Positions 52,500-63,631 are shown, counted from the first letter of the stretch. The stretch is 64,000 nt of DNA from an uncultured Verrucomicrobiae bacterium (GCA_963755515.1 CAVWKA010000005.1:108114-172113), one strand, 5' to 3'. Notes: generated from the sequence alone by a model not told the origin. Numbers and translations are program-made.

Positions 52500-52566
52500 T
52501 CGATGAGATGCGCCAAAAGATAAAAAAGTTCCGCCACAAGGCAACGGATGACGCCTTCCATCTTCG

Positions 52567-53430
52567 CTAAACTTTCGACCCCCCAACCGCATTGAACATT
52601 TCTCTGGCGATAATCCCGTCAGCCACCTTCGTCACCCCGCCAGTCATCCGGATGGAAAATCCGTCGCCGATCTCGATCTGGATTTTTCCGCCAGGCATGT
52701 GGACGGTGACGTCCCGGTCAACGAGGCCAAGCCGATGAGCCACCGCCGCCGCGGCGCCGCTGCTGCTGCCGCTCGCCAGCGTGTACCCGGCCCCGCGCTC
52801 CCAAATCTCAATCTGGATGTTTTGACGGTCCAGAACTTTGAGCAATTGCACGTTCGTGCGATTGGGAAAACGCGCGTGCGTTTCCAATAATGGCCCGATT
52901 TGTTTTGCAAAATCCGGGCTGATTTTCGGCAGGGGCAGGACGCAATGCGGATTGCCAATGGTGGCGGCGCAGAAATTATACCGTTCGCCGCGCAGATGAA
53001 TCGGCTCGTTGACGACCTCGCGTCGCGGCCCGGCCACCGGGATCTCGTCGCTCCAAAAGCTGACGTTGCCCATTTCGACGCGCACCGTCTGGCCTTTTTC
53101 CAAAACCGTCGAGTGAACGATGCCGCCCCGCGTCTCAATTTTAAATTCGCCGTTGCTCACAACCTTCTTGTCCCATAAATACCGCGAAAAAATCCGCAGA
53201 CCGTTTCCGCTTTTCTCCGCTTCGCTCCCATCCGGATTAAAAATGCGCAGGGCGCATTTCGCCTTTTTGGATGGCAAAGGCCCAAGCAAAATTCCGTCCG
53301 AGCCGATGCCAAAATTTCGGTGGCAAATGGTCTGGACCTGCTCCGGCGTCAGCGGCGACGGCCAATCCTTGGGATGGAGAACGATATAATCGTTGCCCAG
53401 CGCGTGATATTTTGAAAACGCAAAACGCAT
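52567..53430 (-). CDS. dapF: diaminopimelate epimerase
   Basis: KYHALGNDY, GSDG, NPDGSEAEKSGNG, GNPH and ERGAG.TLASGS motifs (Ser at both usual Cys positions). Confidence 0.9.
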   Translation of the reverse strand: MRFAFSKYHALGNDYIVLHPKDWPSPLTPEQVQTICHRNFGIGSDGILLGPLPSKKAKCALRIFNPDGSEAEKSGNGLRIFSRYLWDKKVVSNGEFKIETRGGIVHSTVLEKGQTVRVEMGNVSFWSDEIPVAGPRREVVNEPIHLRGERYNFCAATIGNPHCVLPLPKISPDFAKQIGPLLETHARFPNRTNVQLLKVLDRQNIQIEIWERGAGYTLASGSSSGAAAAVAHRLGLVDRDVTVHMPGGKIQIEIGDGFSIRMTGGVTKVADGIIAREMFNAVGGSKV

Positions 53431-53495
53431 TGGGAGAAAATACCCGACATTTTCTCCGCTACAAAGCGCAAATCCCGTGTATCCGTCCGTCGGGA

Positions 53496-54611
53496 TCATC
53501 GAAAAGTGTCGCTCCCAATAATCTCCTTCAAATCCCCAACCCCCTCCTTCTCCATCCTCAAAACAAGGTCGCACACTATCTCTTTGGCGAGGCCGGGGCC
53601 TTCAAAGACCAGCCCCGTATAAATCTGGACCAGGCTCGCCCCGGCGGAAATCTTTTCCCACGCGTCGTCAGCGTTGAAGATGCCGCCAACGCCAATGATG
53701 GGCAATTTCCCGCGCGTCTGTTTGAAGATATGCCGGATGATCTCGGTGCTCCGGGCGCGCAGCGGCTTCCCGCTCAGGCCGCCGGTTTCCGAATAAATCT
53801 TTTCGAGGTTCATGTCTCTGGTGTGGGGACGCGAGAGGGTGGTATTGGTGGCGACAATCCCGGATATGTCATGGGTCGTCGCCAACTCCAAAACTTCGTC
53901 AATCGCTTCATTGGAAAGGTCAGGCGCGATTTTAACCAGAATCGGTTTGAGAGATGGAGCGCCCGTCGCCGGGCGTTGCGCGTCGCGGATCGCCGCTAGG
54001 ATTCCGGCCAGCGCCGGCTTGTCCTGCAAGTCCCGCAGGCCGGGCGTGTTCGGCGAACTGACGTTGACCACAAAAAAATCGGCGCTCTCCCGCAAGGCGC
54101 GAAATGATTTGGCGTAATCTTCCGCCGCTTTTTCCAACGGCGTGATTTTTGATTTGCCCAAATTGATCCCCACCGGATGCCTCGGCCAGCAACCGGATCT
54201 TTTCCATTCGGCAAGATTCCGGGCCATCGCTTCCGCGCCGGGATTATTGAAGCCCATGCGGTTGACGATGGCGCCGTCGCGGACGGCTCGAAAGATTCGC
54301 GGCCGGGGATTGCCGGGTTGCGCGTGCCAGGTCACACCGCCCAGTTCGCAAAAACCAAACCCGAGTTTTTCCCAAATCGGAACGGCATCGCCCGCTTTGT
54401 CCATGCCGGCCGCCAGGCCGACAGGGTTGGGGAACTTCAGCCCAAAAAGCTCGATTGGCAATTCCGGCGCCGGAAAAAACCTTTCCACCGCGCCGCGTAC
54501 GAGTTTGCTGTGGCTCGCCCTCGCAAGGAGCCGCAAAGTGAAATCGTGGGCGCGTTCCGCGTCCTGGACGAAAAGAACGGGCCGGACAATTTTGTGATAG
54601 AGCCAATTCAC
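53496..54611 (-). CDS. pyrD: quinone-dependent dihydroorotate dehydrogenase
   Basis: NPVGLAAG.DK, NRMGFNN, NVSSPNTPGLR, KIAPD and GGLSG motifs. Confidence 0.96.
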   Translation of the reverse strand: MNWLYHKIVRPVLFVQDAERAHDFTLRLLARASHSKLVRGAVERFFPAPELPIELFGLKFPNPVGLAAGMDKAGDAVPIWEKLGFGFCELGGVTWHAQPGNPRPRIFRAVRDGAIVNRMGFNNPGAEAMARNLAEWKRSGCWPRHPVGINLGKSKITPLEKAAEDYAKSFRALRESADFFVVNVSSPNTPGLRDLQDKPALAGILAAIRDAQRPATGAPSLKPILVKIAPDLSNEAIDEVLELATTHDISGIVATNTTLSRPHTRDMNLEKIYSETGGLSGKPLRARSTEIIRHIFKQTRGKLPIIGVGGIFNADDAWEKISAGASLVQIYTGLVFEGPGLAKEIVCDLVLRMEKEGVGDLKEIIGSDTFR

Positions 54612-54748
54612 CTGAAAAACCGCGCTCAGGTTGCCAGCTTTTGGCCGGAATTTCCAAACTTATTCAAGGCGCCCCCACCGATGAATTTCCGCGTGGCTGT
54701 CTGCGAATGTGACCGCCCCGGAGCTTGCGTGAAGTCGGACGGGACATT

Positions 54749-56881
54749 TCAGGCAAATACAATCTTCGTCGTCGTTTCCTTTTCATCCCAGCCGCGCGTC
54801 GGCTCGGCGGTGACGGACGAAATGTCCTTGATGGAAATCTGCCGGCCCACGCGTTCGCGGGTTTTTCACTTCGACCTGCGCCGGGTCGCAGGTCTGCTGG
54901 CTGATTTTCTGGTGCGGCGCGGGTTTGTAGCGGACGTAAAGCATCTTCGGCGTGTCCGGCGCGAAATACAGGATGCGCGATTTTTCCGGGATGCACGAAT
55001 ACGCCTTGTTCAGGATCGAGCCGCCGAACGTGAATCGCTTCAGATAACTCGCGTCGCGGTCGGTGTAGGCGCAGGTGAACACGCGCTCGCGCTCCGGCAG
55101 GCCGCAATAAAACAATTCCTGCCCCGACGAACAATTTCTCCGGCAGTTCGGTGACCTTGTAGGTGCCGTCCTTGAACACCAGCAGCACCTTGTCGAACTT
55201 CGTGCATTCCAGCTTTGAATTCCTCGCCGTTGACTTTGTAGCCAACGTAGCCGCTCTCGCGGTCGTAGCTGACCTTGAACGCCTTGAACGCCACGGCCTT
55301 CGCGTCCACTTCCTCGTGCCGCGGCGGATTTCGTGGTCAGGCGCGGATATTGCGGGCCGTATTTTTCCAGCAACGCCTCGAGATGGCCGATGACATATTT
55401 CGGTGAGGTTCTTCAGATTCTTGCGCGTCTCGTCCAGTTCCGCCTTCGTCCTCTCCATCTCCTCGCGGTGCTTGTTGATGTCGAACAGCGAAATGCGGCG
55501 GATGCGGACCTGCAACAGCTTTTCCACGTCCGCGTCCGCCAGCTCGCGGATCAGCTGCTTCTTGAAGGGCTTGAACCCGTCATAAACCGCCGCGATCACG
55601 GCTTCGTTCGTCTTGCACTTCTCGATCGCCTTGTAAATGCGTTCCTCGATGAAGATGCGTTCCAGCGTGCGGTAATGCAGTTCGTCGAGCAGTTGCTTCT
55701 CGCGCAACTCCAGTTCGCGCTTGAGGATGGCGACGAGCTGGTCCGTGTTCTCGCGCAGCACCTCGCTCACGGTCAGCTCCACCGGGCGGTTGTTTTTGAT
55801 GACGACGATGCGGCTGGCGATGGTCGTCTCGCAATCGGTGAAGGCGTAGAGCGCATCCACCATTTTTTCCGCATCCACGCCGGCCGGGCATTTGATCTCG
55901 ATCTCGACTTTTTCCGACGTGAAATCATTGATGGATTTCACCTTCAACTTGCCCTTCCGCGTCGCGTCTTCAATCGAGGCGATGAGCGAGTCCGTCGTGG
56001 TGGTCGGCGGGATTTCCGTGATGAGCACGGTGGATTCGTCCTTCACCTTGAGGCGGGCGCGAACTTTGACCGAGCCTTTGCCGTCCTGATAATCGCGCGC
56101 GTCCATCAGGCCGCCGGTCGGAAAATCCGGCAGGCATTTGAACGGCTCGTTTTTTAAGGATGGCGATCTGCGCTTCGAGCAATTCGGGGAAATTGTGCGG
56201 CAGAATCCGCGCCGCCAGACCGACGGCGATGCCTTCGGTGCCGAGCATCAACGTGAGCGGCAGTTTGCACGGCAGGGTGATCGGTTCCCGGTTGCGGCCG
56301 TCGTAGCTCGGGATGAAATCGGTGATTTCGTCGTTGATCAGTTCCGTCCGCGCCAGGTCGGTCAGACGGCATTCGATGTAACGCGGCGCGGCGGCCGGGT
56401 CGCCGGTGAAAATATTGCCGAAATTACCCTGCCCTTCGATAAGGTAGCGTTTGTTGGCCAGCACCACCAACGCGTCGCCGATCGAGGCGTCGCCGTGCGG
56501 ATGATATTGCATCGTGTGACCGACAACGTTGGCCACCTTGATGAAACGCCCGTCGTCCTTCTCGTGCAACGCCCAGAGAATGCGCCGTTGCACCGGCTTC
56601 AGGCCGTCGGCAAGATTCGGAATGGCGCGGTCGCGGATGACGTAACTGGCGTAATCCAGAAACCCGCGATCCACCCGCGTGTGCAGGCCCGCGGCGAGCT
56701 TCCTGGGATCAAACAGCCGGTGTTCAACGGGTTGGACCGCCTCGGCAACGACGTGGTCGGCGCCATTGCCATTTGCCCCGGCGGCTTTCGGCTTCGCCGG
56801 TTTGCGTTCATCGGCCGCGGCGGGCGGGCTTTCAATCGGCAATTCTGGCTGGCCGGAATCGTTTTTGCGTTTGGCAGGCAT
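54749..56881 (-). CDS. parC: DNA topoisomerase IV / gyrase subunit A (multiple frameshifts)
   Basis: [17 protein letters not shown] and AAPRYIE motifs; reconstructed end ...TKIVFA*. Confidence 0.85.
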
Positions 56882-56899
56882 GTCTCTTTAAGATTCGGT

Positions 56900-58747
56900 T
56901 TATTCCTCCACCGGCACGACCAGGCGGTCCATGATGTAGTCCTTGCGCTCCGGCGTGTTCTTGCCCATGTAAAAGTTGAAGATGGGCGCCGGACTCGGCG
57001 CGCGGCGCGTATTCGACTTTGCTCAAGCGCATCTCTTTGCCGATAAACTGGGCGAATTCCTTCGGGCTGATTTCGCCGAGGCCCTTGAACCGCGTGATCT
57101 CCGGTTTGCCGCCGAGTTCCTGGATGGCGTTTTCACGCTCCTTTTCACTGTAGCAGTAAATGGTCTTCTGCTTGTTGCGCACGCGGAACAGCGGCGTTTC
57201 CAAAACATAAACATGGCCGTCGTGGACGAGTGGCTCGAAAAACTTGAAGAAATACGTGATCATCAAATTGCGGATGTGCATGCCGTCCACGTCCGCGTCG
57301 GTGGCGAGGATCACCTTCTCGTACCGCAGGCTCTCGGTGGTGTCCTCGACGCTCAAAGCCTGCATGAGATTATACATCTCGTCGTTTTTATACATCACGT
57401 CGCGCTTGAGGTCCCAGACATTGAGCGGCTTGCCCTTCAGCACGAACACCGCCTGATTGTTCACGTCGCGGCAGCTGGTGATGGAGCCGGCGGCGGACTG
57501 GCCCTTCGCAAATGAACACCATCGTCCCCCCGCCTTTGTCCTTTTTCTTGTCGAAATGATGCTTGCAGTCCTTGAGCTGCGGAATGCGCAGCGTGATGGC
57601 CTTGGCCCGCTCGCGCGCGAGCTTTTTCACGTCCTGCAACTCCTTCCGCAACTGCTGCGTGTCCTGGACCTTCGCGATGATCGTCTCGGCAATCTGCTTG
57701 TTGCGCTGGAAAAAATGCAGCAACTCCTCGCGCACGTTGTTGACCAGTTCGGTGCGGATTTCCGTGTTGCCCAGCTTGTTTTTCGTCTGCGACTCGAACA
57801 CCGGGTCCTTCAGCCGGATGGACACCGCGCCGACCATGCATTCGCGCACGTCGTCGCCGTCGAACTTGCCGTTGCCGTATTCGTTCACCGCCTTGAGCAG
57901 GCCCTCGCGGAAGGCGCTCAAATGCGTGCCGCCATCGCTGGTGTACTGGCCGTTGACGAACGAATAAAACGTCTCGCCGTAACGCGAGTTGCTGTGCGTG
58001 AAACAAAACTCCAGCGTCTTGCCCGCGTAATGCAGCGGCGGATAAATCGGCTCGCTGCCGTCGCTCGGCCAGGTCCTCCATCACCAAATCCATCAGGCCA
58101 TGGCGCGACTGGAAGGTTTCGGGTTCCGCGCCCGCGAAATTCAGCACCAGCTTCAGGCCCGTATTCAGATAGCTGTAATGCCGCAGCCGTCGCTCGATGT
58201 GTTCCAGCTTGAACTCGCTGTCCTTGAAAATGTCCGGGTCCGGCTCAAACTCGATGAACGTGCCATCGGGCTCCTTCGTTTTGCCGGTGTCTTCCTTTTT
58301 CAATTTGCCGACCTTGAAGCTCGCCTCCGCAAACTCGCCGTCGCGATGGCTCCGGACGAGAAAGTGTTTCGACAGCGCATTGACCGCCTTGGTGCCGACG
58401 CCATTGAGGCCGACGCTGAATTGAAACACGTCGTCGTTGTATTTTGCGCCGGTATTGATCTTGGAGACGCAGTCCACGACCTTGCCCAGGGGGATGCCGC
58501 GCCCGAAATCGCGCACCTTCACGCGGTTGCCATCCACACCGATATGGACCTCCCGGCCGTTGCCCATGATGAATTCGTCAATCGCGTTGTCCACGACCTC
58601 CTTGAGCAGGACATAGCAGCCGTCGTCCGGGTGCGCGCCCGTGCCGATGCGCCCGATATACATGCCCGTGCGCAGCCGGATGTGCTCCAGCGAAGACAGC
58701 GTCTTGATCTTGCTTTCGTCGTAAATCTGTTTCGGTTTTTCGGCCAT
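56900..58747 (-). CDS. parE: DNA topoisomerase IV / gyrase subunit B (multiple frameshifts)
   Basis: [32 protein letters not shown] and RFKGLGE motifs. Confidence 0.87.
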
Positions 58748-59074
58748 AAAAATAAAAATCGTGTGGTGACAAATTAAACGAAGCCCGGGAAATTAAAATG
58801 CGAAAGTGAAACCGTTCGCCAGAACGAGCCGGCAAGTCGTTTTTCAACAGCAGTTGTTCATTCGCGTTCATTGGCGTTCATTCGCGGTTAAACCATTTGC
58901 AGTTGTCCAACTGGCGGCGGCCGCATCCGGTCATGTAGTAGGCTGGCCTGCGCCAGGGATCGGTCCTATCGGACCTGCTCTTCGTATGTCGAAAACGCAC
59001 CGCTGGTAGTGGCCGCCAACAGACTGCTCAGCACGACTCGCCAGACAGAGATGCTTATTTCATTTTGAAGGCAA

Positions 59075-59160
59075 ATTACCACCGGCACGGATTTCAAAAT
59101 CTACCGCCGCCACAGCCGCTAGGTCGTGCCGTGCTTGATCCCGTGACAACTGCGCAATTG
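59075..59160 (+). pseudogene. 3' fragment of a PIN/VapC gene (copy 1, in-frame TAG)
   Basis: ITTGTDFKIYRRHSR*VVPCLIP*; near-identical to 60031-60116. Confidence 0.7.
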
Positions 59161-59249
59161 GTTCATTTGTCGTTCCTAAATTCTTTGTGTTGTGGTTAAA
59201 GCAGGTTCGGCAGCAGTGTCAAATCTGGCTCGCAACGCCACAGCCGAAA

Positions 59250-59618
59250 TTAATCGCTCAAAGGCAAAAGTCGCAGCCGCGACTTGTGGCCTTTGACGGT
59301 GATCAGTGCGCCGCGTATTAGATCGTCCTTCTGCTGTTCCAAAATCAAGAGCACATCTTCGCCAACGCTCTTGGGGCGCACGTCGTCCAGCCGGAGTTGA
59401 ATCACGCTGGGCAGCGAAGCGCGGCTTTGAAAAAGCAACTTCGTGAAATCAAGGTCTTGGGTAAGAATCACGGCGTTGTTTTGTTTCGCCCAATGCATGA
59501 TTTCCGAATCCGAGGCGTTGGGCGGTCCAAGTTCCCGCCAGTGGCGCGCTATGTGCCCGTGCTGGCGTAAATGTTCCACCCACGACAGCGGAAGGCAGTT
59601 GTCAATGACGATGGTCAC
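59250..59618 (-). CDS. DUF5615 (PIN-like) toxin
   Basis: IDNCL, SD.EI..WA, LTQDLDF and PSVIQLR motifs. Confidence 0.88.
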   Translation of the reverse strand: MTIVIDNCLPLSWVEHLRQHGHIARHWRELGPPNASDSEIMHWAKQNNAVILTQDLDFTKLLFQSRASLPSVIQLRLDDVRPKSVGEDVLLILEQQKDDLIRGALITVKGHKSRLRLLPLSD

Positions 59619-59848
59619 GCCGGCTGAAGCTCAATTTCGCGTTCGCGCGTGAGCCAGGCGGCATAAGCCATGCACGCCTTGATGTCGTCCGGTTCGAGGT
59701 CGGGATAATCCGCCAGAATTTCCTTTTCCGTCGCGCCGGCGGCCAGTAAGCCGAGAATCGTGGTGGCCGGTATTCGCATGCCACGAATGCAGGGCAATCC
59801 GGTCATTACCGCCGGATTCACCGTAATGCGCTTCAAAAGCTCGTTCAT
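59615..59848 (-). CDS. DUF433 antitoxin
   Basis: RITVNP..M.G.PCIRG.RI and IL.DYPDLE.DDI.A...YAA motifs. Confidence 0.92.
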   Translation of the reverse strand: MNELLKRITVNPAVMTGLPCIRGMRIPATTILGLLAAGATEKEILADYPDLEPDDIKACMAYAAWLTREREIELQPA

Positions 59849-59967
59849 GCTTTTAATCTACCATTAAACGGGGAACAGCCAAAGGCAATTCAAATCCGTA
59901 TGCCGCGACTTTGGCTTTGAGTGACCGCGCGTGTTGCCCAAACCATCCTTCATATTTCCACGCCGGT

Positions 59968-60102
59968 GTGCCCATGAGCCTGGCCGCCTGCCTGGTGCGC
60001 CTGACCGAAACCCTGCCCGATCCGGTTCTGATTACCACCGACACCGATTTCAAAATCTATCGCCGCCACAGCCGCCAGGTCGTGCCGTGCTTGATCCCGT
60101 GA
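59968..60102 (+). pseudogene. C-terminal fragment of a PIN/VapC gene (copy 2)
   Basis: VPMSLA-ACLVRLTE...ITTDTDFKIYRRHSRQVVPCLIP*; the D of the usual 'SLADAC' is missing and there is no N-terminus. Confidence 0.7.
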
Positions 60103-60210
60103 CAATCGCGCAATTGCGATGAATTCATTTTCCAACTTGACCCCGACGGCGGAAACGCTGGACCTCCCGCCCGGCACCTCGAGCGACCCAGCCAGACCGC
60201 AAAACTCCAA

Positions 60211-60621
60211 TTATTCTCCACCGCACAACTCGCGACATTCGGCCAGCAATTCATTCTCTTTCGTGGCGACCAGATATTTTTTTGCGAGCGCTAGGCGCTC
60301 CTTTGCCCCCGCCACATCTCCCTGTTTGGCGAGAACACAGCATAAATAAGCCCGCGCCACGCTTAAATGTCCGTCCCGATACGGGCGGCCTTTGGTTTTT
60401 TCCACCAATTCAATGGCGACTTCAAGGTCACGTTTGGCGGAGGCATAGTCTCCCGCCAAATAGGCGATGATGCCCTGACAGCGCAGAACAAATGGTTTGG
60501 CAGTGTCGGTCATCGGACTTTTTGTCGCTTCCGCCATGGCCTCACGCGCTTTTACCGGGTCGCGTTTGTATCGTGCGTAGCAGTTGGCCAGATCGGCTGG
60601 GCCATTCCCGCCGCAAGCCAC
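60211..60621 (-). CDS. TPR-like helical protein or fragment
   Basis: Ala-rich helical pattern 'GIIAYLAGDYASA' and 'LAKQGD..GA'. Confidence 0.45.
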   Translation of the reverse strand: MACGGNGPADLANCYARYKRDPVKAREAMAEATKSPMTDTAKPFVLRCQGIIAYLAGDYASAKRDLEVAIELVEKTKGRPYRDGHLSVARAYLCCVLAKQGDVAGAKERLALAKKYLVATKENELLAECRELCGGE

Positions 60622-60905
60622 TCGAAATCAAGCGTTTATTTCATCGCTGATGGTTTTAACATAAAACGCCTGTGTTTTCTGTCAAGGCGTTACTGCGCCA
60701 TTACAGTGATACTCCTCTCCGGTAACCGGGCGTAACAAGTTAAGAGGGCTGTTTGCTGGCAATTCTGCTGGCACTTTAATCACCGCGACGAACCGCGTCA
60801 CGCCCAAATCTGTGTCCGCTCTTCCGGGAAGAAATGCTATCATCCCACCTTTCTTGTCACTCATGCAACGATTTGGCAACCTTCTTCAATGACGCGCGTC
60901 AGCAC

Positions 60906-62303
60906 ATGATTTCACTTTCACAACTCGAAGAATGGGTGCGAGCCGGGGAATCGGAGACACTGGAATTCAAACGCTCCACTGGCGAACGCCGCGCGGGGGC
61001 ACAGACCCTCTGCGGGATGCTCAATCATCACGGAGGTCGCGTGCTTTTTGGCGTCGAAGCGGATGGACGAATTGTCGGCCAGATGGTCTCCGACCACACA
61101 ATCGAAGAAGTTGTGCAGGAATTGAAAGAAATTGATCCGCCGGTGTTTCCTTCAATTGAACGAGTGGACATGGCTGATGGCCGACAGGCGTTGGTGGTAA
61201 CGGTGGCGCAGGGCGCAAATCGGCCCTACAGTTACAACGGAACGGCCTATAGGCGCGTCGGCAACACAACGCTGGAACTGTCGCGGGAAGAATATCACCG
61301 GATGCTGCTGGAACGGCTGCATGGCGAGCGGCGGTGGGAAAACGAACCAGCCAGCGGATGGACGATTGGCGATTTGGACGCCACTGAAATTATCCGCACC
61401 TTGGAGGAATCCATCCGCCGGGGCCGGGCCGAAGACCCTGGCGTGCGTGACCCGTCAGAGGTGTTGCGCGGTTTGGGATTGATGCGTGACGGACAGTTGT
61501 TGCGCGCTGCGGCGGTGTTATTTGGCCGGATGGAGCGGCTGGAAGCAGACACGCCACAATGTCTGCTGCGCGTCGCTCGTTTTCGCGGACGCGACAAAAC
61601 AGAATTCCTGGACAACCGCCAATTTCATGGCAACGCCTTTGAACTGCTGCTGCGCGCGGAGCGATTCCTGCGGGAAAATTTGCCGGTAGCTGGGCGGGTG
61701 CAGCCAGGTTTGTTCGAGCGGGTGGACGATCCGCTTTACCCGCCGGTGGCCTTGCGCGAGGCATTAGCCAACGCAGTATGTCACCGTGATTACAGCATCG
61801 GCGGCGGTTCAATCGCCGTGGCGCTTTACGATGACCGATTGGAAATTACGTCGTCCGGGACGTTGCACTTTGGATTGACGGCGGAGGCACTTTTTCAGCC
61901 ACACGAATCGTTGCCGTGGAATCCGCTGATTGCCCGTGTCTTCTACCGGCGAGGTGTAATCGAAGCCTGGGGCCGGGGAACAATCAAGATGGCCGAACTG
62001 GTCACACGCGCTGGCCTGCCTCGACCGGAAATTGAGGAGGCCGGAGGCTGCGTATTGGTGCGGTTCCGGCCCAGCCGCTACGTGCCGCCATCGCGGGTTG
62101 CACAGGATGTGACAGAGCGGCAAAGGCGAGTGCTTGAAGTCCTGGGTGCTAGTTCCGGCAGCGGAATGGCCTTACGAGAAATTGGTGCCCAAATGGAAGA
62201 TCTTTCGCCACGGGCAATTCGGGAAGATTTGGCTGTGTTAAAGACGCTGGGATTAGTAACATCCACAGGCTGGGGACGTGGGGCGAGATGGAGGCTCGGC
62301 TGA
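60906..62303 (+). CDS. AlbA_2 (Schlafen-like) + HATPase_c_4 + winged-HTH protein
   Basis: GESETLEFK, N..GG.VLFGV, ALREALANAVCHRDY, NPLIA..F...G.IE.WG.G and GRGARW motifs. Confidence 0.9.
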   Translation: MISLSQLEEWVRAGESETLEFKRSTGERRAGAQTLCGMLNHHGGRVLFGVEADGRIVGQMVSDHTIEEVVQELKEIDPPVFPSIERVDMADGRQALVVTVAQGANRPYSYNGTAYRRVGNTTLELSREEYHRMLLERLHGERRWENEPASGWTIGDLDATEIIRTLEESIRRGRAEDPGVRDPSEVLRGLGLMRDGQLLRAAAVLFGRMERLEADTPQCLLRVARFRGRDKTEFLDNRQFHGNAFELLLRAERFLRENLPVAGRVQPGLFERVDDPLYPPVALREALANAVCHRDYSIGGGSIAVALYDDRLEITSSGTLHFGLTAEALFQPHESLPWNPLIARVFYRRGVIEAWGRGTIKMAELVTRAGLPRPEIEEAGGCVLVRFRPSRYVPPSRVAQDVTERQRRVLEVLGASSGSGMALREIGAQMEDLSPRAIREDLAVLKTLGLVTSTGWGRGARWRLG

Positions 62304-62410
62304 ATATGGCTCTTTCCGGCTCTTTCCGGCTCATTCCGGCTTATTCTGATTACTGACGGCCCTGGAGTAAATCCTTGCGCCAACCGAGAAGAATCATTCC
62401 AATTACGTGC

Positions 62411-63466
62411 ATGACTGCAAAAGTATTTTTCCGTACACATCTTGAAATTGAAGCACCTGATTTTTGGTGGAAGCTAAATCGGGAGGAAATTCAAGTTGAA
62501 TCCACTTCTGGCTTCACGCTTGAAATGTCCGTATTAGATGACGACGAAGGTTTGGCTCATTCCATAACCAAATGGAGAACTGCAATTACATGGACTCAGG
62601 CCATCCCACTTCCGCCCGCCCTGCACGACGTCATCCTGAAGGTTAAGGCGGGGCCTTCCTTTTCACAGGCTATGCAACAGGGACTACTCAATACGCCAGT
62701 CGTGGGATCAAAAAACATCCTTTCCTTCGATTGGATTCCGCAGGAGTTTTTCCCGGAAATGGAACAAACTCATCAGAATTTGGATCGAGCAGCATTCAAA
62801 GTCATCAATAGCTTGTTTTGGAGAGTGGGCATTCATTGCGGTCCGAGCAAACTGACTAGTGATTATTACGGCATGGAGTATTCCGTGGATGGGGTGGAAT
62901 TCGATTCTTTACCAATTTGGTTAAAATTGGAAGCAGTGCCATACGTCCCACCACCCTCGGAATCATTGCCCTCTGATTTCGAGAAAGCTATAGAGAAGAT
63001 AGAGGAAGCTCCAATCCACCATGCCCTATTTAATGAAGCATGGAAGTGCCGCGACTCAGAAGACCGGGTCGCCATCGTCATGGGTACCGCAGCAGTAGAA
63101 TCGGCAGTCAAGCATTTGATTTCCAATCTTCAGCCAGATACGTCTTGGTTGCTTGAAAACACCGCCTCACCGCCGGTTGTTAAAATGCTTCGGGAGGTTT
63201 TACCGCACTTGCCCGTCAAATGTAAATTTCGAGAAAAACCGTTAAGCCCCCCTCCGGGTGTAATCACCCAGGTTAAGAAGGCCATTGAGTGCAGAAATAA
63301 AATCGTGCATGGGTCTTCCTTTCAATTGCCGGACGGAATGGAACTGGAGCGGTGGCTCATCGCCATCCGGGACGTTCTCTGGCTGGTTGATTTCTATAAC
63401 GGTTATCAATGGGCTGAAGCACACATTTCGCCAGGAATCGCTGGCGAACTCCGTAACGGGTCGTGA
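62411..63466 (+). CDS. hypothetical protein with C-terminal HEPN-like domain
   Basis: 'AAVESAVK' helix and RNKIVH (Rx4H) motif; AT-richer codon usage. Confidence 0.65.
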   Translation: MTAKVFFRTHLEIEAPDFWWKLNREEIQVESTSGFTLEMSVLDDDEGLAHSITKWRTAITWTQAIPLPPALHDVILKVKAGPSFSQAMQQGLLNTPVVGSKNILSFDWIPQEFFPEMEQTHQNLDRAAFKVINSLFWRVGIHCGPSKLTSDYYGMEYSVDGVEFDSLPIWLKLEAVPYVPPPSESLPSDFEKAIEKIEEAPIHHALFNEAWKCRDSEDRVAIVMGTAAVESAVKHLISNLQPDTSWLLENTASPPVVKMLREVLPHLPVKCKFREKPLSPPPGVITQVKKAIECRNKIVHGSSFQLPDGMELERWLIAIRDVLWLVDFYNGYQWAEAHISPGIAGELRNGS

Positions 63467-63631
63467 ATCTGCTTTTGGTGGATAGCGAAGACCACAACGA
63501 GAGGACGGTGTTTTTTCGGTTGAAGCGCCTGCGCAGGTTTCAAATCTGCCGTGTGACCTTGATAAAAGTTTGAATGCCCCATGAATTTACGGCGCAACGT
63601 TCTGAACCAATAATGGCGTCATCAAGCTGCC

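Noticed and set aside
58855..58892. ttcattcgcg/ttcattggcg tandem repeats
   Set aside because: Three 10-bp units only; simple intergenic microsatellite with no assignable function
62308..62340. tctttccggc x3 tandem repeat after the AlbA_2 gene
   Set aside because: Too short to interpret; no iteron or replication gene context
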